NCBI GenBank assembly: GCA_963768625.1
Contig: CAVYIK010000003.1
Span: forward strand, 390,715 to 454,714
DNA: 64,000 nucleotides
Reading direction: 5' to 3'
From: an uncultured bacterium
GTDB taxonomy: Bacteria; Patescibacteriota; Minisyncoccia; UBA6257; 2-01-FULL-56-20
Shown in pieces: positions 45,056 through 55,807 of this stretch (position 1 is the stretch's first letter; each line of letters opens with the position of its first letter). A program made the translations under genes and the position numbers. Below the pieces are notes generated by a model. It saw only the letters and a list, made by a program, of their open reading frames with translations, was not told the DNA's origin and did not search any database.

Positions 45056-45934
45056 ATGAATAAATTCGAAAGGCAACAAGGAGAGGGATCCGAGCCTGAA
45101 AAGGAAAATCCCCTGGCGATCGTCCCGAGAAAATCAGAAAAGCGGGAGGCACCACCCAGCGGTGACCAGCAAAAAGAAGGGGAGAGAACAGAGGCTCTCG
45201 CGCGCATACGCAGAGACATCCAAGCATCTTCGCCCGAAACGCAGCCCTCTTCCGGTGAAGTGTACGAGGCAGAATTCGTAGAGGAAGGCGAATTTTCTCG
45301 CGGAGGGCGATCGGGCAACGCCACCCGGGGCCGCGCCCATCCTTCTTCTATCCCGAGAACTTCCAGCGCGAGAGGCGGCGGGGCGGATCCCGATCATCCA
45401 AACCCGTTCTGGGAAGAACAGGAGGCGTTGCTTTCGCCCCGCGACAGGTTCCTTGATAAATTCGCCATTGGTCTGAAGAAGGCATACCACGGAGTGCGCA
45501 AGGGAAAGGAATGGGCTACCACGAGGACGAAAAATTTCCTTGAGCCGCTTCGCCTGCACGAGAATCCCGACCTTGCCCGAAGACGGATGGAAAAACTTCA
45601 GGACATGGTGATCGCCGGGGAGGCGGAATACATGGGGGAGCAATATATGGGGAACCCCCAGTATCTCGGGGACTTGTCCCGCCGCGTCAACCGCACAAAA
45701 GAACAGATAGAAGCAGAGAGGGAAGCGGAACGTAAGCGCATTGCGGAACGCAAACCCAAACCAAAGGAGCAGCCTCTCCCAGGACAAACTACGGAAAATG
45801 CGTTTTATCCTAATTACCGCATGCTCAAGAGGGCCCACGCGCAAAGTAAAGAATTCAGGTCCGTCGCAGTCTATGACGAGAAAGGAAGGTTCACCGGCCG
45901 GGTAAAAACGTACCGTATAAAAGAAAAAGATTAG
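45056..45934 (+). CDS. hypothetical charged protein, 292 aa
   Basis: Intact ORF within the operon. No recognised domain. Confidence 0.4.
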   Translation: MNKFERQQGEGSEPEKENPLAIVPRKSEKREAPPSGDQQKEGERTEALARIRRDIQASSPETQPSSGEVYEAEFVEEGEFSRGGRSGNATRGRAHPSSIPRTSSARGGGADPDHPNPFWEEQEALLSPRDRFLDKFAIGLKKAYHGVRKGKEWATTRTKNFLEPLRLHENPDLARRRMEKLQDMVIAGEAEYMGEQYMGNPQYLGDLSRRVNRTKEQIEAEREAERKRIAERKPKPKEQPLPGQTTENAFYPNYRMLKRAHAQSKEFRSVAVYDEKGRFTGRVKTYRIKEKD

Positions 45935-45960
45935 GAAGTATTTTGTGATATACTGGAAAG

Positions 45961-47121
45961 ATGATACCCGTCGACCTCATCACCGAAACAGAACTTGATA
46001 AGCGGTTTGACGCTCTGCCCGACAAATTGAAGGAGGCGCTCACCTCCGATCGCAACCTGACGATAATCGACCAGGTCTGCCAAAAGAACAGGATTGCCGA
46101 CGAAGATAAAAAGGAGACGATCCAGCAGATCGCCGCCCTTGTCCTTTTCGGCTTTGTCCATCCCTATGACGCCGGCGCCGAGATCAATGATGCACTTTTG
46201 TTGAATAACCCCCGATTTTCCGCGTCCGTCGCCGACGAGCTGAACGCGAAGATATTCGCGCCGCTCAAGACCGAACTGGAGAACAATTATCATCCGCCCG
46301 CAGGGACCAGTGCGGATATCGTAAAAGAGCCTGCGGCTAAAAACAAAATCCAGGTCCCGGCGCCGAAAATAATCTCCCAAGCGCCGGCGCTGATGCCCGC
46401 ACAACCGATCGTGAAAGTCGCGGGACCGACGACCGTAGCCAAGCCCGCGCCGCCGCCTGCCGCCCTACCCCTTACCCCGCCCCCCGTTAGTTCGCCGACC
46501 GGTCCTCCCACCGGGTGGTCCCGCTCGACCCCGAACAGCCCGTGGTGAAATTAAGCCAGACCCCGGCAGCGGCACAAAGCGTCGTCGCGCCGAAGTCACC
46601 CGCAGCACCGATTCCTGCCGCCCCGACCCCGCCCGCAAAGCCGGCGAACGGCCTCCTCGGAGAATTCGAACGGCGAGCGGCGCAGACCGGAGCACCAAAA
46701 CCCGCGATGCCCGGCTGTTCCGGCTCCCGTCATCATTCACGAAGACGCCGTCTTCAAGCCCGCGCAGCAGCCCGCCGATTTCCATCTTCAACTGCCTTCG
46801 GAAAAATTTGACATGGGGAAGGGCTCCGGTCCCGGAGTACCGAGACCTGCGGTCCTTGAGATCGGAAAGGGGACACTTCCTGCAGCAGGGAAACCAGGCT
46901 CGCTCTCCACGCCGCGCGTCGTCCATTACAGCGAATATAAACCGTCGCAGCCCACGCAGCCTACGGCGCCCGCAGCACCCGCCGCACCGCAAGGTCCGCG
47001 GCAGATATCGGAGCTCACCTCCATGCCCGTTGCCAGACCACCCGTCCTTCCTGCAGCTCCCGCGATCCCGGTGCCAAAGCCACCGCAACCGCCACTGCCC
47101 CCGCAACCGCCCCAGCGTTAG
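45961..47121 (+). pseudogene. proline-rich hypothetical protein, about 2-3 frame changes
   Basis: ORF 45961-46548 continues as 46515-46811 and 46813-47121 in other frames. Pro-rich PAPxP repeats are present throughout. Confidence 0.4.
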
Positions 47122-47153
47122 CCCTATGGGCGGATTGGAACTATAATTAGTGC

Positions 47154-47670
47154 GTGCAATTTCAGGTCCCACAATTCATAGAAACGGAGGATAAGATCGT
47201 AGGCCCGCTTTCCCTGCGGCAATTTTTCTATGTGTGCGGAGGCGTTGGGCTTGCAGCGCTGCTTTACTTCATTTTGCAATTTTGGATATGGGTCATTTTC
47301 GCGTTCATTATTGTAGCCGCTACGGTAGCGCTTGCCTTTGTGAAAGTACAGGGCCGGCCGCTCGTAAACGTCCTCCTTTCCGCGTTTAATTTCTATTGGA
47401 AACCCCAGACCTATATCTGGAAGCCGGAGCATGCCGCGCTTTCGCTTTCAAAGAAAAGGTTGCCCGCTGAGCCGCAAAATCAAAGGAGTGTCCTCCCGAT
47501 CAGAGAAGATCGCCGCCGGCACGGCGCTCCATAAAAGCTGGCAAAGCGTCCAGACGGGCGAAAAAATGTCCGACCGGCAGTTCTCTGAACAGAAAATGTA
47601 CGGGCGTTACCAGATATTCCAAAAGCTGGCAGGCGACCGGCAAGCCGCGCGGCGCGTGGACTACCGATAG
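47154..47670 (+). pseudogene. PrgI-family (VirB3-like) T4SS membrane protein, one frame change near 47440-47500
   Basis: MQFQVPQFIETEDKIVGPLSLRQFFYVCGGVGLAALLYFILQFWIWVIFAFIIVAATVALAFVK matches the PrgI pattern. The C-terminus continues in the frame of ORF 47431-47670. Confidence 0.6.
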
Positions 47671-47725
47671 GCGGCAGGCAGCGATGGACTGCGATGGACC
47701 GGAAAATGATGAGAAAATAGAAACA

Positions 47726-50178
47726 ATGGCATTAAAAAAAGAAGAATTCGGCAATTCGCTTGACCTTGTAAATATCAAAGAGATCCGCGACAACGTCGTC
47801 GATCATGAAGGACGGCGGCTTGCGGCAGATCGTGATGGTCGGCGGCGTGAATTTTGCGCTCAAATCGGAAACGGAGCAGAACATCATGACGCAGGGATAC
47901 CAGAACTTTCCTGAACGGCATCGATTTCCCGCTCCAGATCGTCATCCACTCGCGCAAGGTGAACATTGATAAATATATCGAGGGGCTCATGCGCGCGCAA
48001 GGAAGTGGAACAATCGCCGATCCTGCAGAGCCAGATCAGACGAATACGTGGAGTTCATGAAGGGGTTTGTGGAAAAGAACGCGATCATGGAAAAGACATT
48101 TCTGGTGGTCGTGCCGTTCTATCCCGCGTCAGCGATCGCCGTCGACAAAAAGCGGCCGCGAGAGCTCTTCTCGTTCTTCGGCAAGAAGAAAAACGCCAGA
48201 GGCGAAGCGGCGAAGAACGCCGAGGAAGCGGAGCACGATCGTTCCAGCGAGAACCTCGCGCAGCTCAACCAACGCGACGAGCCAGGTAATGAACGGCCTC
48301 CTGGGCATCGGCCTTGAGGCGACCGTCCTTGAATGACGAGCAGCTCATCGAACTTTTCTATAATTTCTACAACCCGCAGACCATCGAGCGGAAGAATATC
48401 GCGCTGCCGCCGCAACAGCAAGAATAACAACCACTGCCATGCCCGAACAAGCACCAGGACCAATTTCAAGGACGTCAAGAAGATCATCGCCCCTGCGGGC
48501 GCGCAGGTGTTCCCGAACTATCTGAAGATCGGCGACAAGCTCGCGAAGACGTTCTTTGTCTTTTCCTATCCGCGCTATCTCTCGACGGGATGGTTCGAGC
48601 CGCTCATCAACCTGCCGAATCTTTTTGATATTTCCATCTTCGTGAACCCGATCGACACCGGCACGGCGCTCAAGAATCTCCGCAAGAAAGCCGGCCAGCT
48701 GGAATCGCAGATGAACGACGAGCAGGAAAAGGGGCTCGTGCGCAACCCGATGCTTGAAACCGCCATCCAGGACGTCGAAAATCTGCGCGACTCGCTCCAG
48801 CAATCCGAAGAAAAACTTTTCGACACCGGCGTCTATATCACGATCTACGCCGACACCGAGGATGAGCTCGCGCGGCTCGAAAGCAAGCTGGTCACGCATG
48901 ATGGAGGCGAAGCTGATCTATCTCAAGCCGGCGCTTTTTGAACAGCTTGAAGGGCTCTTTTCCATCCTGCCGCTCGACGAGGACAAGATCCAGGTCTATA
49001 CGCCGATGAACACGGGCCCCATCTCGTCGTTCTTCCCGTTCGTTTCGGAAGACCTCTCTTCGAACCAGGGGATCATGTACGGCATCAATCTGCACAACAA
49101 CAACCTCGTGATTTTTGACCGCTTCTCGCTTGAGAACGCGAACCAGGTGGTCTTCGCAAAATCCGGCTCCGGAAAATCGTATACGACGAAGCTTGAGATC
49201 ATCCGCTCGCTCATGGCGGGCATCGACATGGTGCTCGTCATAGACCCGGAGAACGAATACCAGCGGCTTGCGGAGACGTTCGGCGGCAGCATGTTCAATA
49301 TTTCGCTTTCGTCGCACGAGCACATCAATCCGTTCGACATCCCGCTCGATCCCGGAGGGCGAAACGCCGTCCGACGTCCTGCGTTCGCACATCGTGACGC
49401 TCGCGAGCTTGCTGAAGCTGATGCTCGGGAAAGTTACGCCCGAAGAGGACGCGCTCCTTGACCGCGCGATCACGGAAACCTACGCCTCGCGCGAGATCGT
49501 CGCCGACACCGATTTACCGGGAAGGAACCGCCGCTCTTCGGCGACCTTGAAACGGTACTGCGCAACCTTGAAGGCGGCCGCGACATGGCGGAAAAGCTTT
49601 ATAAATACACCAAGGGCAGCTTCGCGGGATTCCTGAACCAGCCGACGAACATTGATGTCTCAAACCGCCTCATCGTCTTTTCCATCCGCGATCTTGAGGA
49701 AGAGCTCCGCCCGATCGGCATGTTCGTCGTCCTGAACTTCATCTGGAGCCTCATCCGCGCAAAGCTCGCAAAGCGCCTGCTCTTTATTGACGAGGCGTGG
49801 ATCATGATGAAAAACGAGGACAGCGCGACGTTCCTTTTCGGCCTCGTAAAGCGCGCGCGCAAATATTATCTCGGCGTCTCCACCATCACGCAGGACGTGG
49901 AGGACTTCTTGCGCTCGCCGTACGGCCGCCCGATCATCACAAACTCATCCCTCCAGCTGCTTTTGAAGCAGGCGCCGGCGACGATAGACATCGTCGCAAA
50001 GGCATTCGACCTCACCGACGCGGAGAAGAATTTCCTGCTCGGCGCCGAGGTCGGCACCGGCATCTTCTTCGCCGGCAAGCGCCACGTCGCCATCCAGATC
50101 GTCCCGTCATATTTTGAGGACCAGATCATCACCACGAACCCCGAACAGCTGCTGGAAGAAAAAAGGCAAGCTCAATAA
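47726..50178 (+). pseudogene. VirB4/TraE/PrgJ-type T4SS ATPase, at least 6 frame changes
   Basis: LDLVNIKEIRDNVV at the N-terminus, Walker A FAKSGSGKSYTTK, VIDPENEYQRLAE, Walker B LLFIDEAWIMMKNE, and YYLGVSTITQDVEDFL. The pieces lie in ORFs 47684, 48048, 48333, 48754 and 49585. Confidence 0.8.
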
Positions 50179-50181
50179 AGC

Positions 50182-50934
50182 ATGGACGAAGAGTCCCAGG
50201 AGCCGCAATCAAAAATCTCCATCGTTATATGGATGGTGGGGTTTATAGTGGCTATCGTCTTTGACGTCCTCAGCTTGATCCCACTCGTTGGAGATATCGA
50301 AGAGGTCCCCGCAGGGGCAGTTTTCGTCCTTAACGCGATCTTCGGAGTGCAAAACGCCATCTTAATTGCGCAGGGGGCAGCGATGGCTATCAAAGCGATT
50401 CCGGTCGTGCAATGGCTTCCCGCCTGGACTGGCGGCGTGGCCTTCGCCTGGTATATAGAACATTCCTCCTCTAAGTTAGCTTCTAAGATAGAGGAGGGCG
50501 CCGCCATCGCGGGGGCTCTCGAAGGGGAGGAGGGCGGCTTAGAAACGGAGGCGGAGAAAGCCAGCCAAGCCGGAGCGGTAACCGAAGAGGTTGGCGCCAG
50601 CGCGGCCGGCGCAGAAGCGGCCGGAGCGGAAGGCGCCGCTGGAGCTGGGGCCGAGGCAGAAGAGGCCGGCGGGGCTCCGGAGCGGGAGAATGCGAGGCCT
50701 TCCGAAACAAGCACTGAACGCGGGGGTGAAGGCGAAGAAGGTGCCCGGGGCGGAGAAGAAGAGGAAGCAGCAGCGGAGCAGGAAGAGGGTGCTAAAAAAG
50801 AGAAAGAGGAAGAATCGGAAAAAGAGATGGAAACTAAGGCGCAGCGGCCGCCCGAAGAAGGAGCCATGGAGGCGGACTTTGGACCAAGTCAAGAAGATGA
50901 GGATTCCGACGAAGAGGACCAGTTGGCGGCCTGA
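50182..50934 (+). CDS. membrane protein with a long acidic Glu/Ala/Gly-rich tail, 250 aa
   Basis: Three to four TM helices, then about 140 aa of low-complexity EEGAAGAEAE... sequence. Confidence 0.45.
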   Translation: MDEESQEPQSKISIVIWMVGFIVAIVFDVLSLIPLVGDIEEVPAGAVFVLNAIFGVQNAILIAQGAAMAIKAIPVVQWLPAWTGGVAFAWYIEHSSSKLASKIEEGAAIAGALEGEEGGLETEAEKASQAGAVTEEVGASAAGAEAAGAEGAAGAGAEAEEAGGAPERENARPSETSTERGGEGEEGARGGEEEEAAAEQEEGAKKEKEEESEKEMETKAQRPPEEGAMEADFGPSQEDEDSDEEDQLAA

Positions 50935-50967
50935 TACTTTCGTTATCCATTATGCTAATATCATAAG

Positions 50968-51348
50968 ATGAATTGGCTTTTGAGGGCGCATGCGGCCACC
51001 ATCACTATAATCGGCAATATTCCGGGCCCGAATAACATCTCCACCACGGGCCCCAGTGGTTTCGTCGCCAATTTCTATCTCTACGCGCTTCTCGTATCAG
51101 GATTACTTGCTTTTGGGGCTATCGTCTATGGAGGGGTGAAGTATGCCACGGGGAGAGGGAATCCTACGGCAGAGAGCGAGGGGAGGAGCTGGATCACGGG
51201 TGCCTTGTGGGGGCTCCTGCTCTTGGCAGGGGCGTATGTTCTGCTGAGGACCATCAACCCGAATATTGTAAATCTCCAGCTGCCGACGAATATCGCTCCC
51301 ATGACCAACCCCAACGCGGGCATAATGACCGGACCGACGCCGCAGTAG
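50968..51348 (+). CDS. TrbC/VirB2-like pilin candidate, 126 aa
   Basis: Signal-like N-terminus, then two hydrophobic helices (FYLYALLVSGLLAFGAIVYGG, ALWGLLLLAGAYVLL) separated by a short basic loop. It is the last gene of the operon. Confidence 0.5.
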   Translation: MNWLLRAHAATITIIGNIPGPNNISTTGPSGFVANFYLYALLVSGLLAFGAIVYGGVKYATGRGNPTAESEGRSWITGALWGLLLLAGAYVLLRTINPNIVNLQLPTNIAPMTNPNAGIMTGPTPQ

Positions 51349-51362
51349 CGCGAAGCCCCGTG

Positions 51363-51799
51363 TTATTTCGTAAGCGGCTTTATAATAACGTACCGCTCCT
51401 TCCCTTCGCCGATGGATTCCGTCGTCACTTCGGGATGAACCGCGAGTGCGACGTGCACTAAGCGCCGTTCGTAAGAATTCATCGCCGGGAGCGAAACTTC
51501 TCCTTTCGTCGCCATCGCCTTTTTTGCTGCCGCACGCGCAAGCTCGGCGATAAGGTTCTCCCGTTCCTGCCGGTAATTGTTCACGTCAAGAAAAATAAGT
51601 TCTGTCGCCGTTCTTTTTCGCGACCATCTGGAAAATATGGTTGATGCTCTCCACGATGCTCGGGAGGTTCTCTTTTAAAGAAATTTCCGCCGTCGTAGAT
51701 AAAGAGCGAGCCCCGCTTTTCCTCGGGCTTGATCTCTATGTGGTAATCGCGGAACCCCATGCCGTCCACGATCTTTTTGGTTAGTTCCTCCCAGTTCAT
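51363..51799 (-). pseudogene. jag: Jag/SpoIIIJ-associated KH-R3H RNA-binding protein, one frame change near 51585
   Basis: R3H motif NSYERRLVHVALA in ORF 51363-51584. The N-terminal KH-like part is in ORF 51581-51799. It lies downstream of yidC. Confidence 0.7.
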
Positions 51800-51880
51800 T
51801 TCTCGTACTATTCCATATTCTGCAGCGCAAAATCAAGCGGCGCGGCCGGCAAGCCCGCTCTCGGCACACTAAGGCCGTCC

Positions 51881-52600
51881 TTATATCGCCGCCGTCTCGC
51901 CTTTCCGGAAATGCCTATTTATGACCGCTTGCTGGAGGATGGAGAACAGGGAAGTCACGAGCCAGTAGAGGCCGACGGCGGCCGGCAAGCTGTAGAAAAT
52001 GAAGATGGTGACGAGGGGGCCGATGAACACCATCTGCCGCGCCATCTTCTCGGCCTGCGAGAGCGGTGCGGTATTCTTGGGGTCGCGGTAAATGGCCAAG
52101 TTAGCCTGGAAATACTGGGCAAGCGCGGCGAGGAGGATGAGGATGATGTTGGGCTTCGCGAGATTCACGAGGCCGATAAAAATTGGGTTTACGGTCCCCG
52201 GCTGCGCCACGAAAGAATAGAGTCCCGAGAGCTCGCCCGGAGTAAGACCCGACCGCACCACCCAATACAGCCCAATCATAATGGGCAGTTGGATCATAAG
52301 AAGGAGGATGCTTGAGAACGGATTCACGCCATGTTCTTTATAAAGTTCCATGAGCGCCTGCGCCTGTTTCTCCTTGTCGTTCTTATGCAGCTCCTGGATC
52401 TTTTTCACTTTCGGCTGGATGCGCTGCATCATCATCTGCTGCTTCGCGCTTTTATGGAAAAACGGGTAGAGGATGAGCCGGATAAGGACCGTGACAAAAA
52501 TGATCGCAAGCCCGAAGTCCTTGAATGCGATCGTCCCGTAAAAATAAACAAGCGCATTAAGGATGGGCCGGTAGAAAATAGATTGGAAAAGATAGGTCAT
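51881..52600 (-). CDS. yidC: membrane protein insertase YidC (short form)
   Basis: ILNALVYFY..., KQQMMMQRIQPKVKKIQELHKNDKEKQAQALMELYKEHGVNPFSS, and five TM helices. It lies in the rnpA-yidC-jag context. Confidence 0.85.
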   Translation of the reverse strand: MTYLFQSIFYRPILNALVYFYGTIAFKDFGLAIIFVTVLIRLILYPFFHKSAKQQMMMQRIQPKVKKIQELHKNDKEKQAQALMELYKEHGVNPFSSILLLMIQLPIMIGLYWVVRSGLTPGELSGLYSFVAQPGTVNPIFIGLVNLAKPNIILILLAALAQYFQANLAIYRDPKNTAPLSQAEKMARQMVFIGPLVTIFIFYSLPAAVGLYWLVTSLFSILQQAVINRHFRKGETAAI

Positions 52601-52603
52601 GGA

Positions 52604-52927
52604 TTATTTCGCAAAGCGCGCCGCTGATTTGGCGACCTCGCTTCTGAACTGTTTTTTTGTGAGCGTGGTCACCCGTGGAGAGAGAATGATGAGCAGGTCG
52701 TCGCCCCCGCCCGCGCCATAGAGCCCCGCAAGCGCCGTTTTCGCCTGCCGCTTCCAAAAATTTCTTTTCGCGGCGCTTTTGTGGACGGCGGCGTTCGCGA
52801 CCACCCCGATCCTCGGCTTCCCGCTCTGGTTCATTTTTATTTTAAGAGAAAAATAGGGGCCCGCGACGGATTTATAGCGCGGCGAGTGGAATTCGCGGCT
52901 TGGCAATCGTGTTGCTCTTGGAAGCAT
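52604..52927 (-). CDS. rnpA: ribonuclease P protein component
   Basis: MLPRATRLPSREF...RIGVVANAAVHKSAAKRNFWKRQAK. It sits between rpmH and yidC. Confidence 0.75.
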   Translation of the reverse strand: MLPRATRLPSREFHSPRYKSVAGPYFSLKIKMNQSGKPRIGVVANAAVHKSAAKRNFWKRQAKTALAGLYGAGGGDDLLIILSPRVTTLTKKQFRSEVAKSAARFAK

Positions 52928-52949
52928 GGCGAGGTATTCCCTGGCCCGC

Positions 52950-53084
52950 CTAAACAGCCAACCGACGTCTCCCTTTTGCCCTACGCCGCGAAAGGACGCG
53001 CCGGCCGCCGGTCGTGCGTTGCCGCTTAAGGAATCCGTGCGTGCGCCGCCTCTTTTTCTTCTTCGGGTTATAGGTGAACGACAT
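52950..53084 (-). CDS. rpmH: 50S ribosomal protein L34
   Basis: Manual translation gives [44 protein letters not shown]. This 44-aa ORF is below the ORF-track cutoff. Confidence 0.85.
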   Translation of the reverse strand: MSFTYNPKKKKRRRTHGFLKRQRTTGGRRVLSRRRAKGRRRLAV

Positions 53085-53215
53085 TGAGAAGATACTATCA
53101 TGAAAATTTTTGCCGCGCTAGGGGCGCTCGGTTATGCACACGCAGTCCACATAATCGTCTCCATTTGACTCTTTCCCTGCAACCCGCGTAAGAATTAAGA
53201 TTATCAAACATCAAT
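53085..53215. promoter_or_regulatory. rpmH/dnaA divergent intergenic region with DnaA-box-like motifs
   Basis: TTATGCACA at 53132-53140 has one mismatch to TTATCCACA. CAGTCCACA at 53143-53151 has the TCCACA core. Confidence 0.4.
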
Positions 53216-54573
53216 ATGGATCTCGAAAAACTTTGGCAATCAACACTTGGGGAAGATGGAGATCCAACTTACGAAGAGCCAATTTTTCGATGTGGCTGAA
53301 GGATAGCCGCCCCATCGACCGGAAAGAGGGCACGCTCTATGTCGCCCTGCCGAGCAATTTTGCAAAGACATGGGTCGAGGATAAATACCAGAAGAATATT
53401 TTAGGGGTTCTCCGGAATCTCGACAGTTCCGTAAAGAAAGTGGAGTTCGTGATCAATTCCCAGACGGTCCCCGCGCCGCAGAGGATCGCCCTGGACGCAA
53501 AGGAGTTGGGTAAGCTTGACGCGGCCGAACTTGATTTCAGCAAAGCCGACCCGGAAACCGGCCTTAACCCGCGCTATACCCTTTCCTCGTTCGTCGTCGG
53601 CCCTTCGAACGAGCTGGCGTTCTCCGCCGCGAAGGCGATCAGTGAAGATATCGGCAAGTACAATCCGTTCTTTGTCTACGGCGGCGTCGGCCTTGGGAAG
53701 ACACACCTCATCCAGGCGATCGGCAACGAGATCCTCGCAAAGTATCATCAAAAAATAAAACCGAAATATGTTCGCTTCGGAACAGTACACGCGCGAAATG
53801 GTGTGGGGGATCCGGAACGACCGGATAGAGAGCGTGAAGAAAAAATATCGCGACGTGGACGTGCTGATCATTGACGATATTCAATTCATTGGCGGAAAGG
53901 AAAAGACCGAAGAAGAATTTTTCCACACCTTCAACGCGCTTTATGAGAATAATAAACAGATCATTATTTCTTCCGATCGGCCGCCACAGTCCATCCCCAC
54001 GCTCGAGGAACGCCTCCGGTCGCGTTTTGAGGGGGGATTTGTGGCCGACATCGGCTACCCGGAATACGAGATGCGGGTCGCGATCATCCGGAGCAAGCTT
54101 TCCGAAGCGAACCGCAGCCTTACCGACGAGGTGATGGATCTCCTCGCGAAGCGGCTGAGGAAAAATATCCGCGAACTGGAGGGTGTTCTTAAAAAACTGC
54201 TTTTTATGCAGGAGCAGAAACAGGACGGAAATCACTAAGGAGAATGGCGGAGGAGATCATAGAAAAATCAACCAAAAACCGTCGCAAGGCGGGTGAGTGA
54301 CGCGCCAGATCTTAAAGGCGGTTGCGGAGTTCTTTAATATTTCCATTGAGGACCTTGTGAGCCATAATCGGCGGAAAGAAGTGGTGGAGCCGCGGCAGAT
54401 CGCCATGTATCTTCTTCGGGAAATCTCCGAGCTTTCCTATCCGTATATTGGGGAAAAGATGGGGAGGGACCACACGACCGCCATCCACTCGTATGAGAAG
54501 ATCAACCAGGAAATCAACAAGAAGTCCGTCACTTAACCAGAAGATATTAACAATCAAGAGATATAATTTATAA
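53216..54573 (+). pseudogene. dnaA: chromosomal replication initiator DnaA, at least 4 frame changes
   Basis: MDLEKLWQSTLGE, FSMWLKDSRPI, Walker A GGVGLGKTHLIQAIGNE, LIIDDIQFIGGKEKTEEEFFHTFNALYENNKQIIISSDRPP, and the DNA-binding domain VEPRQIAMYLLREISELSYPYIGEKMGRDHTTAIHSYEKI. Confidence 0.9.
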
Positions 54574-54669
54574 GAGTTAGAATAAGGGATAAAAATAACT
54601 TATCCACCAAATTAACCCCTCATTAAAAGTAGTAATAAGTATTTAATAAATTATTAATATTAATTCTTT
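54574..54669. other. candidate oriC unwinding region (AT-rich dnaA-dnaN spacer with a DnaA box)
   Basis: A spacer of about 80% AT in a 60% GC genome. TTATCCACC lies at 54600-54608, followed by AT-rich runs (AAAGTAGTAATAAGTATTTAATAAATTATTAATATTAATT). Confidence 0.45.
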
Positions 54670-55784
54670 ATGAAATTCATTGCGATACGGTCAAACATCA
54701 AGGAGGCGATTTCTGCTCGTTGAGCGTGCCACCGGAGAAAACCTCAACCTTCCCATCCTTCAAAAATATACTCATTGAGACGACGAGTGAGGGTATTGCT
54801 TTTACCGCCACAAATCTGGAGCTTGCCATCACCTGCCATGTTTCAGGGAAGGTGATAGAGAATGGGAAGATGACGGCGCCCACCTGCCACCTTTTCAAAC
54901 CTCATCACGAACATCCAGAGCGACCGGCTTAATTTCAATAAAAAAGAGAACTCCCTTGAGATGAAGACTGATAATTATAGCGCGACACTCCAGGGGCTGC
55001 CCGCGGAGGATTTTCCAATAACCCCGAAAATAAAGACTCCGGAGAATACCTGGAGATAAAAAGGGCGTTCCTTAAAGAGGCGCTCCAGCAGACCGCGGTG
55101 GCGTCGCAATTTTCCGATCTTCGGCCGGAACTTAACGCGATACTATTTGATTTCTCCATCGACAATCTAAAACTCGCCGCCACCGACGGTTTCCGCCTCA
55201 CAGAAAAATCCCTTTCACAGAATTTATTTACCGCAACCTATAAAGAACCATTCCGGCTACTCATCCCCCTGAAGACCACCCAGGAAGTCTTGCGAATGTC
55301 CCGCGACGAAGACGTGGTCCGGATATTCCACGACGAAAACCAAATTCTTTTCAAGACCGATCGGGCGGAGCTCATTTCGCGCCTGACGGAAGGGAACTTC
55401 CCCGATTACTCGCCGATCATCCCCAAGAAATTTGCCACGGAGGTCGTCATGAACCGGGAGGAGTTTGCGAACGCGATAAAGCTCGCCGGCATCTTCGGCC
55501 AAAAGAACAGCGAGGTGAAAATATCCGCGCAGCCCGGCAAGAAAACAGTCGAGGTAAGTTCCGCGGACCAGTCGCTTGGCGAGAATGCTTATCTCCTCTC
55601 CGCGAAGATCAAAGGGGAAGCAGTGGAGGTATTTTTCAATTGGCGGTATCTCGCCGACCCTACAAGAGCCATAAAGACGGAAGAGATATTCATCGGGTTC
55701 CAGGAGGAAACAAATCCGGCGATGATCCGGCCGATGGGGGACGGTTCGTATTACTATATTTTAAAACCAATCCTTAAGTCCTGA
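54670..55784 (+). pseudogene. dnaN: DNA polymerase III beta sliding clamp, at least 4 frame changes
   Basis: MKFIAIRSNIKEAIS, PILKNILIETTSEGIAFTATNLELAI, LKLAATDGFRLTEKS, and a C-terminal piece 55098-55784 (EVSSADQSLGENAYLL...NPAMIRP). Confidence 0.85.
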
Positions 55785-55807
55785 TCCTCGGGGCGGGAAC
55801 GCGGGCT

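Noticed and set aside
50172-50867. 231-aa minus-strand Ala/Ser/Pro-rich ORF
   Set aside because: It mirrors the GAG/GCG-rich acidic tail of the plus-strand membrane protein at 50182-50934, so it is a compositional artefact.
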